Assembly (NCBI GenBank): GCA_001600695.1
Contig: BCKQ01000002.1
Location: forward strand, 304,613-360,887
Direction: 5' to 3'
Source: Ascoidea asiatica JCM 7603
Lineage: Eukaryota; Fungi; Ascomycota
Length of the DNA: 56,275 nt
This document shows positions 1 to 11,192 of the stretch, one piece after another (position 1 is the first letter of the stretch; each line of letters starts with the position of its first letter). The notes beneath the pieces are model-generated. The model saw only the letters and a program-made list of their open reading frames with translations, was not told where the DNA came from and made no database searches. The position numbers and the translations under genes were made by a program.

Positions 1-40
<40 letters not shown>
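1..40. repeat. poly(A) homopolymer, at least 40 nt, at the window edge
   Basis: Directly visible. Confidence 0.95.
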
Positions 41-41
<1 letters not shown>

Positions 42-340
42 AAGCATAAAAACGACGTTAGATATGAATAAAAATGAGAAGAAAATGAAAAAGTAAATAA
101 ACAAATAGAAATAAGAAAGTCAAAAGATTTAAATATAAAATTAGAATAAAACAGCGGAATAACAACAGTTTAATAACAAATAAAGAATAATTTAAATCAA
201 TTTTAAAGAATTGTAAAATAAATAAAAAAAAGAATTGAAATTAAAAAAAAAGATGAGTTTATGAGTTGTGAATGATGATTGAAGATTGATGGATAATATG
301 TTGAGAATTGAGGATGAGTTGAGGATGTGAATTGAGGATA

Positions 341-379
341 TGAATATGATGAATATGATGAATATGATGAATATGATGA
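341..379. repeat. 9-bp tandem repeat (TGAATATGA) in the 3' flank of the SUR1-like gene
   Basis: About 4 copies, followed by degenerate copies up to about 420. Confidence 0.8.
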
Positions 380-429
380 GTATAATGAGTTTAATGAATA
401 TGATGAAATTAATGAAATCTAATGAAATA

Positions 430-734
430 TTAAACTTCTTCTAAATGAGTTGGAAGTTGAGAATTATTATTTGATAAATTTTGATATAAATTTGAATCTT
501 TTCTATTTCTATTTTTTTTCTTTAAAAAATTAGCTAAAGCAGCATGTTTTATTGGAACTATATCACTTAAAGATATACGACCTTTTATGATTGCATTTGC
601 AGAAGGAGTAACAAATACAGTTGAATCAACATCATCATCAAGATTAATGTTTTCATAAAATATTTCTTCATCTGAGTTATTATTATCTAAATTATTTGAA
701 TTATTTGAAGTATTATTATTATCATTTTGATTAA

Positions 735-765
<31 letters not shown>

Positions 766-1776
766 TAAGAAAGAATAATTAAATTTATCTTCAAATTTAT
801 TAAACCATTTAAATTTTAATAAAAATTTAATTATGAAATTATTTTTTAAAAGATAATTATTTTTTTTTGATCTATTACGATTTGATAAAAAATTAGATAA
901 CCAAGAATAAAGTAAATATTCAAGATAAAAAATAATAAAAGCAATTAAAAACCCAAGTACAACACAAGTTGGAATATGATTACCTAAACTTTTAATAAAT
1001 TTAGCATCATCAAGATGCCAAGAAGAACCTTTTGAAATTGAGAAAAAAGAATAAGTATGTTTTTTATAATCAGAAGGTTGTAAAATTCTTACAACACCAT
1101 TTTCAGGAACACCCCATCTTTTATATTGTTTCCAAATTACAGATAAAAATAAAGGACCAGTTGAATACATTATTGTTAAATATGGAATTAAATAATTATG
1201 ATCATATTTTTGTAAATTATCTAAAACTTTTAAGAAAAAAGGATGTTTTGGTACTGAACCCATAACATCATTACTTACACCAGTTGGAGTTGTTTTTCTT
1301 ACAAAAGCAGGTACAGATAATAAAGGATCTAATCTTCTTATACAACCATCATCTAAATCTATATAAATACCACCAAAATGAGATAAAGCAAAATATCTTA
1401 TTGAATCAGCTCTTTCAATTGGATATTTATAATTATCCCAAGTTTTTAAAAACCAAGGATATTGTTCATTAATAAATTCTCTTGCCATTTCATCAGTCCA
1501 TAAAATATATTGATAATCAGGATGTAAATCAATACAAGCTTGTTGACCTTGTTTCCAAATTTCAGGAATATTATTATTTTTATAAGTTTGATGAATAATT
1601 TTTGGTATTAATTCAATTTTTTTTGGAGAACCTTCAGGTGGATTTAAATCAACATCTAATAAAGCATCTTGAAAAGAATCATCATAAATTAAAGTTAATA
1701 AATCTGCAACATTATATAATATTATTAATATGAGAGTTAAATGGATATAAATTATAATTTTAAATTCTTTTTTCAT
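430..1776 (-). CDS. SUR1: Mannosylinositol phosphorylceramide synthase catalytic subunit (GT32), SUR1/CSH1-like
   Basis: N-terminal TM segment, IPKIIHQT, ERADSIRYF, GGIYIDLD (DxD), STGPLFLS, second TM segment, Asn-rich tail. SUR1 versus CSH1 cannot be separated. Confidence 0.9.
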
Positions 1777-2379
1777 TATAAATTGAATTATAAATTATAT
1801 TTATTGTAAATTATATTGTATTATATTATATTGTATTATATTATATTATTGAAAGAAAGTTGATTAAGGAAAGGATAATAAAGAGAACGAAGAAGAGAAC
1901 GAAGAGAATGAAGAGATATTGGATTGATAATAAGTATTTAAGTAATTAAGTATTTAAATAGAAGAAGTAATGGAAGTTAAAGAATGAAATATATTTAACA
2001 GTATTGAAGTATTGAAGTATTGAATTACGTGGAGTAGGTAGTTATATTTAGTAAATATTGTAATAAAAAAGGTAATAATAATGCGAGAAAAGAAAATAAT
2101 TTTTTTTTTTTTTATGAATATTAATATTAATATGTTTTTAAGAGATTGTGATAATTCTTTGATATTCTAATGATATTTTATAATATTTTATACAAATATA
2201 TATAAATATATATAAATATATATAAATATATATAAAAGAATTAAATCTTTTGGATAAATTTTAGTACTTTTTAATGGAATTTGAAGTTTTGTTGATGTTT
2301 TTTGGTGGTAATTCGTTGATGATTTTCATTATTTTCTTGATTTTCTTGGTTTTCTGGATTTTCTTGTTCTTGTTCTTGT

Positions 2380-3095
2380 TTTCGTCGTGGGTTTAAATCG
2401 TCTTTTAAAATATTCGTTCAAAAAGCAGTGCAGCAGCGAAATGGAAATGGAAATGGAAATGGAAATTAAAATGGAAATGGTGACAAACCGCTAACCTTGT
2501 GCTAAAGTACTACTAAAATACTAAAATACTAAAATACTAAAGCATTAAAGCAAAGTAAACCTGGTGAGATCTGGCGAGATCTGGCTATGCTCTGTTAGCA
2601 GTGCTCTGTTAGCAGTGCTCTGTTAGCGTATCGGCAGGAGGCAGAGGAAGTTAACCTTAACACAAACACAACACAACAACAACACACACACAGCGCCACT
2701 CCTCTGGCTCTGGGGCTGCTATGCTTTAACGAGGCTTATTCTCACACACAGGCCGCTTCCCGGAACGCCTCGTCCTTGAGCCGGCCTGGCTTCCGTGCCG
2801 GTGGTATGCCGTGTCACGTTCACATAAAAATCCCGTGACACTGATCCGCAGGGTGTCTGTTGGCAGTCCGGGCCAAGGAACCTGGCGCAGTTTCCGAGAG
2901 GTCATGTGTTCCGGTCATGTGCCCTTCTGTTTTGTTGGCCGTTTGAAATGGCATGTGAAACAGCAGCAGAAGTTGCAGGGTAACGCCAACATACTCTCCT
3001 TCCACTATTACTACTGCTACTTCTACTGCTACTGCTACTGCTACTATTAACACTACAGCACTAAACGCAGTAATAGCCCAATAACCCGGTAACTC
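2380..3095. promoter_or_regulatory. GC-rich divergent promoter island between SUR1-like and DGK1
   Basis: Abrupt GC rise between head-to-head genes. Contains TTCCCGGAA (2757-2765), TGTCACG (about 2812), GTCATGTG twice (2901, 2914) and CATGTGAAA (2952-2960), which resembles the Ino2/Ino4 UAS-INO. Confidence 0.7.
2588..2627. repeat. 14-bp tandem repeat TGCTCTGTTAGCAG, nearly 3 copies
   Basis: Directly visible. Other short tandem repeats lie nearby: (GAAATG)n 2438-2480, (AAAATACT)n about 2515-2540, (CTACTG)n about 3010-3045. Confidence 0.9.
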
Positions 3096-3369
3096 AATAA
3101 ACTTGTTATTTCAACATAACAAATAATAAAATGCAATGCAATACAATACAAAATAAAATAAAATAAATAACGTTACTAAAGAAATACTGAATAAACAGTA
3201 AATAAATAATAAATGTATCACTGATTTAAGAATATATATTTAAAACTTTTTATATCCAATAATAAATCCATTATTATCTAATCAATCTGATATCATTTAG
3301 ACATTATCTTCATACTAAATACTTATATCCATATCCATAATCATTATTATAATTATTATTATAATCATT

Positions 3370-4638
3370 ATGTCTACAAATATTGATTCTTCTTTATCAA
3401 ATTCAGATTCTGCAACATTAATCTCAAATAATTATTCATCTTTATTATCCGAAAATTCATTTAATAATCTTAAAAATGATGATATTAATCAATCAAATGA
3501 TTCTTCTTTTTTAGAAACTGAAACTGAAACTGAAGATGATGATTATGAATACATCGATGATGAAGATGAAGATGACGATGATGATGATCAAGAAGATGAT
3601 ACTGATGATAGTGATGATGATGATGATGATGATGACGATCAAGAATCTCAACTTTCTTTAAATTCTCAAAATTTAAAAGATTATAATCATAATAATATTA
3701 AAAATCTTAAAAATATTGATAATAATACTTCTTTATCTTTATCTTCAACTTCAACTTCCTCATCCATAACAATAAATAACAATGATAATAATGATAATAA
3801 TAATAATAATAGTAATATTTTATCTAAAGATCAAAATTTAGATCTAACTCCTATAAATACAGTAAATAAAGTAAAACCTTCAGATTCAATACATATAACA
3901 AAAAATGAAATAAAAAATTCAAAATTTTCAAATTTATATCTTTTTCTTAAAAAAAATGAATTTCCAAGAAAACTTTTACATGTCTCAATAGGTTTTATAA
4001 CTCTTTATTTATATACTAAAAATTTTGAAATTAATCAAATTTTACCATATTTAAAAATTTCTTGTTTAATAATTTTTATTTTTGATTTACTTAGATTTAA
4101 ATTTAAAAATTTAAATTTAATTTATTGTAAAATTTTTGGTTTTTTAATGAGAAAAAATGAAATTTTAAATTCTTTTAATGGTGTAATTTATTATTTATTA
4201 GGTTTAATTTTTGTTTTTCAATTTTTTAAAAAAGATATTTCAATAATTTCTTTATTATTATTATCTTGGTCTGATACTGCTGCTTCAACTTTTGGTAGAA
4301 CTTTTGGTTATTTAACTCCAAAATTACCTTTTAATAAAAATAAATCTTTTGCAGGTTCAATTGCTGCTCTTTTTTCTGGTTTTTTTTCAACTTATTTATT
4401 TTATGGTTTTATTATACCTTTAACAAATTCAAATTTTGATTCAAATTATTTAAATAAAAATATTATGTGGTCAAATGAAAAAAGTTATTTATCTTTATTT
4501 TTTTTATCTTTATTATCAGGTTTAATTGCTTCAATATCTGAAGCAATTCAATTATTTAATTTAGATGATAATTTCACCATCCCAACTATTTCAAGTATAT
4601 TTTTATGGTCTATAATAAAATTATTTGAAAAAGTTTAA
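3370..4638 (+). CDS. DGK1: CTP-dependent diacylglycerol kinase
   Basis: EFPRKLLHVSIGF, cytidylyltransferase-type motif SWSDTAASTFGR...KSFAGS, LDDNFTIP, several TM segments, acidic/Asn-rich N-terminus. Confidence 0.93.
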   Translation: MSTNIDSSLSNSDSATLISNNYSSLLSENSFNNLKNDDINQSNDSSFLETETETEDDDYEYIDDEDEDDDDDDQEDDTDDSDDDDDDDDDQESQLSLNSQNLKDYNHNNIKNLKNIDNNTSLSLSSTSTSSSITINNNDNNDNNNNNSNILSKDQNLDLTPINTVNKVKPSDSIHITKNEIKNSKFSNLYLFLKKNEFPRKLLHVSIGFITLYLYTKNFEINQILPYLKISCLIIFIFDLLRFKFKNLNLIYCKIFGFLMRKNEILNSFNGVIYYLLGLIFVFQFFKKDISIISLLLLSWSDTAASTFGRTFGYLTPKLPFNKNKSFAGSIAALFSGFFSTYLFYGFIIPLTNSNFDSNYLNKNIMWSNEKSYLSLFFLSLLSGLIASISEAIQLFNLDDNFTIPTISSIFLWSIIKLFEKV

Positions 4639-4639
4639 A

Positions 4640-4715
4640 TTTTCTTTTTTCTCTTTTCTCTTTTCTCTTTTCTCTTTTCTCTTTTCTCTTTTCCTTCTTT
4701 CTTTCTTTCTTTCTG
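4640..4715. repeat. (TTTTCTC)n/(TTTC)n pyrimidine microsatellite just 3' of DGK1
   Basis: Directly visible. Confidence 0.85.
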
Positions 4716-5028
4716 TACTCTTTTCTTTTCTTTCATTCTCTTGTTTAATATTAATATTGTTAATCTCACTTAATTCTTAATTCTATTTACAATTTTTATT
4801 TACAATATTCTTCTAAAATGTTCCTTACAATATTATTTACAATTTTACTTACAATTTTACTTTTACTATTCGGTTTCTCATCTCATTTTCTTTTTTACAA
4901 TATCATACACCTTTTATATATTATTTATATATACATTATTTTATATATATATACTGTATATATATATAACTTTAATTAAATAAACAATTTCAATTTCATT
5001 TTTAATTTCATTTTACTTTATTCTGTAA

Positions 5029-6321
5029 TTAAATTCTACCACTTCTTGATGGATAAAGTTTTTCATTATAATTCTCATTCCTCTTCCGACTTCCATCTCT
5101 ATTACTATTGTTATTACTATTATTATTACTATTATTACCATTACTATTACCATTACCATTACTATTATTATTATATTTTAAATTATTACCATTACCATTT
5201 CTTGGAAAATCAAAATTAAAGGAAGATGAAGACGGTATTGCTCCACTTCTTGAAGGTGTTGGAGGTTGTGACAGTAATGAAACTTTTATAGGTTTACCTG
5301 TTCTACCTAATCTTCTACTATTAAAATTTCTTTTATTTATATTATCATTAATATCTTGTCCATAATCTAAATCTGGTGTATTATTATTTGAATTCCTAAA
5401 TCGTGCCGCCAGTGGTTTATTTGGAAATGAACTTAATGGCCTGCTAGGAAATGAATTTAAAGGTTTATTTGGTATTGAACTTGATGGTTTATTTGGAGGT
5501 TCATATCTTTTAATTCTTTTATTTGAAAGATAATTGTTATTGTAACTACTATCATTATTACTATTACTATTATTATTATTATTATTATTGAATTCATGAT
5601 ATTTTCTTTTTTTTGAATTATATTCAATATTATAATTTGAATTATCATTATAACTATCATTATATTTATCATTATAACTATCATTATATTTATCATTATA
5701 ACTATCATTATAATTATCTTCAACTTGAAATTTTTTAATATTATCCCAATATTGTTTTTTTAAATATAAAGGTAAATTATTACCTGTAAAAGCACTACCA
5801 TCAAAATTACGTACAACTGAATTTCTACTCTCAGGACAATCATCACCATAATGACCTTTTTTAGCACAATTATAACAAAATATATTCATATTTGATAAAT
5901 TAATTTTTTTTATTGAATCTGAATTTAAAATATATGATCTCCATATTGTTGGACATCTATCTGTTATATGATAATGAGAATTACAATTATTACAATAAAT
6001 TCTTTTTGGTCTTTGTTTACAATCTTTTCTTATATGACCTAATTCTCCACATCCACTACAAACTGCAGTTGTTGGACATTGATGAAAATAATGATCATTT
6101 AATTTTCCACAAAAATGACAATATACAACTTTACATTGTTTCATTTTATGACCTTCTTTATGACATATTAAACATAATGGACCTGAAGGTTGATTTGATG
6201 TATTATCACCAAAATATCTTCCTTGACCTCTTAATGCAATTAATTCATCAGGATTATCATTTACTTCATCCATAGACAAAGAAACAGTTACTTTTGAAGT
6301 TGGAAGTTTTGGTGATTCCAT
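5029..6321 (-). CDS. AIR2: TRAMP complex zinc-knuckle RNA-binding subunit (Air1/Air2 family)
   Basis: LRGQGRYFG, five CCHC knuckles, IWRSY motif between knuckles 4 and 5, low-complexity C-terminus with DSYNDKYN repeats. AIR1 versus AIR2 is not resolvable. Confidence 0.9.
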   Translation of the reverse strand: MESPKLPTSKVTVSLSMDEVNDNPDELIALRGQGRYFGDNTSNQPSGPLCLICHKEGHKMKQCKVVYCHFCGKLNDHYFHQCPTTAVCSGCGELGHIRKDCKQRPKRIYCNNCNSHYHITDRCPTIWRSYILNSDSIKKINLSNMNIFCYNCAKKGHYGDDCPESRNSVVRNFDGSAFTGNNLPLYLKKQYWDNIKKFQVEDNYNDSYNDKYNDSYNDKYNDSYNDNSNYNIEYNSKKRKYHEFNNNNNNNSNSNNDSSYNNNYLSNKRIKRYEPPNKPSSSIPNKPLNSFPSRPLSSFPNKPLAARFRNSNNNTPDLDYGQDINDNINKRNFNSRRLGRTGKPIKVSLLSQPPTPSRSGAIPSSSSFNFDFPRNGNGNNLKYNNNSNGNGNSNGNNSNNNSNNNSNRDGSRKRNENYNEKLYPSRSGRI

Positions 6322-6619
6322 CTTGCTCTTTTTCCTATTATTTATTGACTTTGTAGGATAATATATACCTATTTAAGCTGTCGATGAAATTAATTAAAAA
6401 TTCCAAAATATAAAGAGTATTGAATAAATATTTGAATAAAAAAAACAATTGAAGTGTATTTATTATATGATAAGGTTAGTAAACTAATTTTCTTTTTCTT
6501 TTTCTTTTCCTTTACCAAACATAAAATTGCAATATTATTTTGCCGTAACGCTACTCATGAACAATTTTATTTTCACTGAATAAATAAATAAAAGAATAGT
6601 TTGTGAGTTCTCAAGAGTT

Positions 6620-6740
6620 AATGTTACCGCTTAGACGCCCTCAGATACGACCGGGCACCTAAGAGAGACACGTGCAACCTGCACTTCTTTAACCGGAAGT
6701 GGAGCTGCTCAATTTCTTGTTTTGGCGCCCATCTCTATGC
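6620..6740. promoter_or_regulatory. Small GC-rich promoter island upstream of the AIR gene, with CACGTG and CCGGAAGT
   Basis: CACGTG at 6669-6674 and CCGGAAGT at 6693-6700. Confidence 0.55.
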
Positions 6741-6828
6741 TGTATTTATAATTAATTAATAAATTGTAAGAAAAGTGTTCTGATGAAAATACGTTGATTT
6801 GATTATTTATTACTGGATTTCATTTTTT

Positions 6829-7524
6829 TTAAACGCTAATCTTTTCAAGAGTATCGAAGAATTCTTTTGTAGTATCAACTGGAGTTCCTGAAGGAAATTC
6901 AATTGAACTTTCTTGTTGATCTATTTTACCCTTTAATCTTCCTTTTATAATCATTTTTGAAATTAAAAAAATTAAATCATTAATTGTATAATTTTTTAAA
7001 TATTTACCATTAACTTTTTCTAATTCTAATAAGGAATAAATTCTTGAAAAACTTGTTTTTAGATAATAAATTGATATAATTAGAATATTATATTCAAAAA
7101 TTGATTCCATTAAATTCCTGAAAATCAAATTTAAATTTATTTTGAAAAATTTGAATGATCCAATGTATGAGTTTTCATTGAAAATATCCTTCTCTGTTTC
7201 TAATATTAATTCATTTAACAATTCACTTTCAATCAACTCTTGATTTTTGATTTTTTCAAGTATTGTGAAAAGTATTTGTTTTTCTGAATTCAATTTAAAT
7301 GAGAGATTAGAATTGATTAAATTATTATATTCCGATAAAACTTTTGTTTTCCTCAAGCTTAATATAGGTTCACAAAGCACCAAAAATATACCTTTTTCTA
7401 AGAATTTTATATCATTACTATGCTTTGAAATTTTAATCAATCGCAAGTATCTCATAGATGTCTTAATATAATCATTTTGATTTTCGAATTCTTCTTCAAT
7501 TTCTGTAAGAAACGATTGATCCAT
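6829..7524 (-). CDS. Short PCI-domain protein, COP9 signalosome subunit 4 / Rpn5-like
   Basis: C-terminal ESIFEYNILIISIYY...SFSRIYSLLEL...ISKMIIKGRLKGKIDQQESSIEF matches the PCI winged-helix pattern (Csn4-type EHNLL...QMITEGRM.G.IDQ). Confidence 0.7.
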   Translation of the reverse strand: MDQSFLTEIEEEFENQNDYIKTSMRYLRLIKISKHSNDIKFLEKGIFLVLCEPILSLRKTKVLSEYNNLINSNLSFKLNSEKQILFTILEKIKNQELIESELLNELILETEKDIFNENSYIGSFKFFKINLNLIFRNLMESIFEYNILIISIYYLKTSFSRIYSLLELEKVNGKYLKNYTINDLIFLISKMIIKGRLKGKIDQQESSIEFPSGTPVDTTKEFFDTLEKISV

Positions 7525-8799
7525 TATTTATATATGAAAGTTGCTATGATTGAATGATCATTTGGTTATTCAATTCTATTCTAGTTTGCCTATTTTTATT
7601 TCTTTGGTTATCTCCCACTGAGAAGTATTTATTGATTGGAAAATTGCTTACGTTACGGAAAACGTATGGTAACAAGAAGTGGTCGGTAGTCAACGATCCA
7701 TATTCTCGGGTGCTGTCCCGAAAGCCATATTTAAATTTTGAATAAATTTTTAAAAAAGGGTTTTTATTTACTATTTACGAATTAAAAAGGAAAATATTTG
7801 ATTAAAGAGTATTTATTGATTTACAATTATATCAGGATTATTCATAGGATAGCTGATAGAATCATTGATGGGATGATTTTTTAAATCAATTAAAAAAGTT
7901 ATCATTTAGTTTAGTGATTTCAAAATTTAGAATATATGTATGTTGATGAAATAGTATATAAAAAAAATAAAGATTCACTTATTACATAAATATATAATTT
8001 CATTTCTATTAATAAAATAATGAAAAAAATAAATGGATTTATTAGAAAAATTATTGTCAAGAACAAAAAAGCTTTTTTGGAAATATTTTGAAATATCTAT
8101 AATTGATCATAATATTGATCCATGAAAGTTACAACTTTCAAAACTTTACATAGTAATTATGATTCCTAATGATACTTCCATAACAAACTTTTCAATTGAA
8201 TCACCCATTTTTTATAATAGAATTTACCAATATTATTATCATTGAATATGTATGTATATACAACAACAAATTTCAATTGAAATATAAATTCAAATTGCTT
8301 TAAATACGCTTGAATACTTTTAAAAAAAATGAATTTATATCAATATACGGTATTATATATAATTTCTAAATGAAAAATGGTTGTTAGTTCAATTAAAAGC
8401 AGCTTCAAGACAAGGGCCATGAAACTAGCGTTGGAAGCTTGAACAGTAAAATATATACAGTATTTAGAACCATTATATCCTATTCTTTAATAACTGACCT
8501 ATTATTGATTTTTTTATAAAACATTCAATATAGAAAATAGAAATTATTATGTAATTACAGCTGCCCGTTTCTACTTAAATTAAATATCTGGGAGCCGACG
8601 GTACGTTGAATGAAATGGAACTTTTTCTAAATTTTGCCCCTGGGTTACAATTCGTTATTCAACGATATCGATACTGTAACAGTTGACTTTCCAAATAAAT
8701 ATCCATAAAATTCATAAATTTAATCACTACTGGTACTCGACGGTTAAATAATAGCCATTGAATAATAAGAATATATTTTAGTTTTATTTTTTCTTTAAC

Positions 8800-9165
8800 A
8801 TGAATCAAGAACAAAACTTGAACTCTAGTTCTTTTGAAAGACATAATAGTAATTCATCAAATCTCCCATCATCTAATTTAAGTAATCGAAAAGATAAATT
8901 TGCAAATCTTTTTCAAATAAAATATAATAAGAAAGAAGAGCAAATTAATCGAGAAAGAGAGTTTTTCAATGTTATTGAAAATAATGATTTGGTTCTTATT
9001 CAATCTCTTAGGAAAGAAACTTTTGAGCTAAAGACTGAACCATCTTATGATACTAAAATAACTAATACTGTTTCTGTTATTTCCAGTGATAGTAAAGAAG
9101 AATTTCCAATTAGTATGACCAGAGCAAAATATGAACTTTATTTGAAGTTGATTGGCAAAGATTAA
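8800..9165 (+). CDS. Hypothetical 121-aa protein
   Basis: ATG start, hydrophilic protein-like composition, small GC patch upstream (about 8555-8650), convergent with the next gene. No recognised domain. Confidence 0.6.
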   Translation: MNQEQNLNSSSFERHNSNSSNLPSSNLSNRKDKFANLFQIKYNKKEEQINREREFFNVIENNDLVLIQSLRKETFELKTEPSYDTKITNTVSVISSDSKEEFPISMTRAKYELYLKLIGKD

Positions 9166-9244
9166 GTTATGAACTAAAATAGTTGCAAATTATCGTTTTA
9201 TTAAGGGGAGTAAATTACAAAAAAATTTCAATATAGTTAATTAA

Positions 9245-10974
9245 TCATGTATTAAAATATAAAACTTCGACATTCATGGAATTATTATCAACTAATCGGG
9301 CAGAATCAACAAAGGACTTTAAATTATCAGGAAGTAAATTCCGAATTTTTTCACAGAATTTACTAGCCATTTCTTTATTTAAATCTTCATTAGGATATAG
9401 CCATAATGTACAAATACAATATAAATTTTTATTTTTCCACGAAATTCCACAAACTGAATTACATATGTCTAATGAATCACATAATTTATCCTCTAAAATT
9501 ATTTGTAATAGATTTTTCCAAAAAGAAAATTCTAAGTTACCTGTAACCTGAAAATTTATCGTTCCAGACTCTTTCAATAATGGATTACTTCTCTTTGGTT
9601 TAATATTCAATCTAAATATATGTGTCTTGAAAGATTCATCATTATAGATAGAATCCTTATGATTTTGAAGCAAAAGATTTAGTTCCTAATGAAAAAAGTT
9701 AGTATATTTTATAAAAAGTGCTTTAAATTTCTGGTATTTTCATACTTTTTTGGTTTCAATTGTTCTTTCTATATGAAGCTTTCTCCTCTTGATTATGCTA
9801 TTATCGTCTTCAGCTTGAACAAATGTCGTAGTAGCAGATGTTGTCGGTCTAGAGTCACCATCCTCATATGGTCTAAAAGTTAAAAGACAAAAAAAAAAAA
9901 CAGAAAAGAAAATATGTTTTTGATTAGTATTCTGAACAGAGTATTGAATTCAAATAAACGGTAAAAAATAACTTACATATCACTCCAAACAACCCAAGGA
10001 AAGCTTAAACAATAATTCCCTTTTAATTTAGCTTTTAAAATGGCTCCCTGAGTTTTAAGAGAATCTGCATCATATTTTTCAAATAATGGAAGTTTTGATA
10101 AGGAATATTGAATATGACTAAAGCTATTAGGACTATTTGTTTCTGGCTTTATATCAAATAAAGCTGCTAATTTTGAAGAAGAGCAATCCATATTTTCCTT
10201 GATGCTTCTGATAGAGGTATTTCTAAAAGAAAAACTTGAATTTTGATCTGATAGCTCTTTTGATGGTTCCATGAAACCATGTGTATGCTCTATAGATTCT
10301 TCTATTTTAGGAGTATTTATAGATCTTTTGAAACCAAAAAAATAACAAAATTTATCTCTTAACTTTAACGAACTTCTGGTGGAAGATTTCATATCAGCCG
10401 AATCAACAATATTTTCAATCTCGTTACTTTGGGGTAATAAAGTTTCTCTAGACAACTCATTATTAGATTCTTTTAAATCCAATGTCTCATTTTTTTCTTT
10501 GTGCTTATCGGTTACAAATTCATCTTCTAATTTATCTAAGTTTTTTTTTTTTGAATTTTTCATATCTTTTTCTAAATTAAAATAATTCAAAAGCATTTTC
10601 AAATCTTCTTCCCCGATAACACTTTTTTCAACGTCATTATCATCATAATCAACAATACCTTCATAATCATTTGTGTTTTCTTTTGTATTAATATTCAATA
10701 CTTGAGGTTTTACAGCAACATTTGAATTATTGTTTTGGACAAACTTCACTTTCTGAAAGGAAGAATCATTTGAAGTGTTTTGATTTCGTTCACTTAAAGG
10801 AGTCATTAAATCTTTTGAACTAGACTTATTTTCATTGTTACAATCTGATCGTGTTATACTTGATGATAAGATTTCTATTGAATTTGAGCTTCCAATGCTA
10901 AGCTCTTCATGCAAACTTTTAGATTTGTTCAGCAGCTTTAAGGGCAATCTTTTATTATTATAAAAACTTGACAT
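9245..10974 (-). CDS. Three-exon gene for a divergent eIF4E-fold protein with a long N-terminal extension (521 aa); exons 10974-9977, 9872-9746, 9685-9245
   Basis: Both introns have canonical signals and splicing gives one continuous 1566-nt frame. eIF4E-like blocks: YCLSFPWVVWSD, THIFRLNIKP, FWKNLLQIILED, SVCGISW, ICTLWL. Confidence 0.8.
9686..9745 (-). other. Spliceosomal intron 2 of the eIF4E-like gene (60 nt, phase 0)
   Basis: GTATGA donor at 9745, perfect TACTAAC at 9704-9698, TAG acceptor ending at 9686. Joins in frame to the 9673-9245 ORF. Confidence 0.85.
9873..9976 (-). other. Spliceosomal intron 1 of the eIF4E-like gene (104 nt, phase 2)
   Basis: GTAAGT donor at 9976-9971, TACTAAT branch at about 9929-9923, long T tract, TAG acceptor ending at 9873. 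Confidence 0.85.
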
Positions 10975-11192
10975 TATTAAAGTGTTTAGTTAATGAGTTA
11001 TTCAATTCTTCGATGATTCAAAATTTATTTTTCTAAAAAGAATAAAAAGTAAAACATATTAATGAATTGGCTTAAAAGTCTTTTGTTGTTTACTATCTGG
11101 CTTTCTCTCGATCTCCAAAGTGATACTTTACAATATTCATCATCAATGTTGAGCCATATATTGAACTTACTTCTTATCACTTTCAAATCTCG

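Noticed and set aside
1-40. Poly(A) as a retrocopy tail of the SUR1-like gene
   Set aside because: The gene is on the minus strand, so this run is poly(T) in its sense orientation. It is a simple homopolymer or contig-edge feature.
2811-3053. Short ORFs in GC islands (2811-3053, 34650-35041, 40695-40898, 41110-41356, 45765-46336)
   Set aside because: Stops are rare in GC-rich DNA, many start at non-ATG codons, codon use is unlike the real genes, and no domains are recognisable.
7838-7865. U3 snoRNA box A-like TTCATAGGAT
   Set aside because: The match stops after 10 nt and boxes B/C/D are not evident.
8915-8980. Caf20/4E-BP-like YxxxxL-phi motif in the 121-aa orphan (IKYNKKEEQ...EFFNVIE)
   Set aside because: The required Leu-hydrophobic pair is absent and the spacing differs; the resemblance is superficial.
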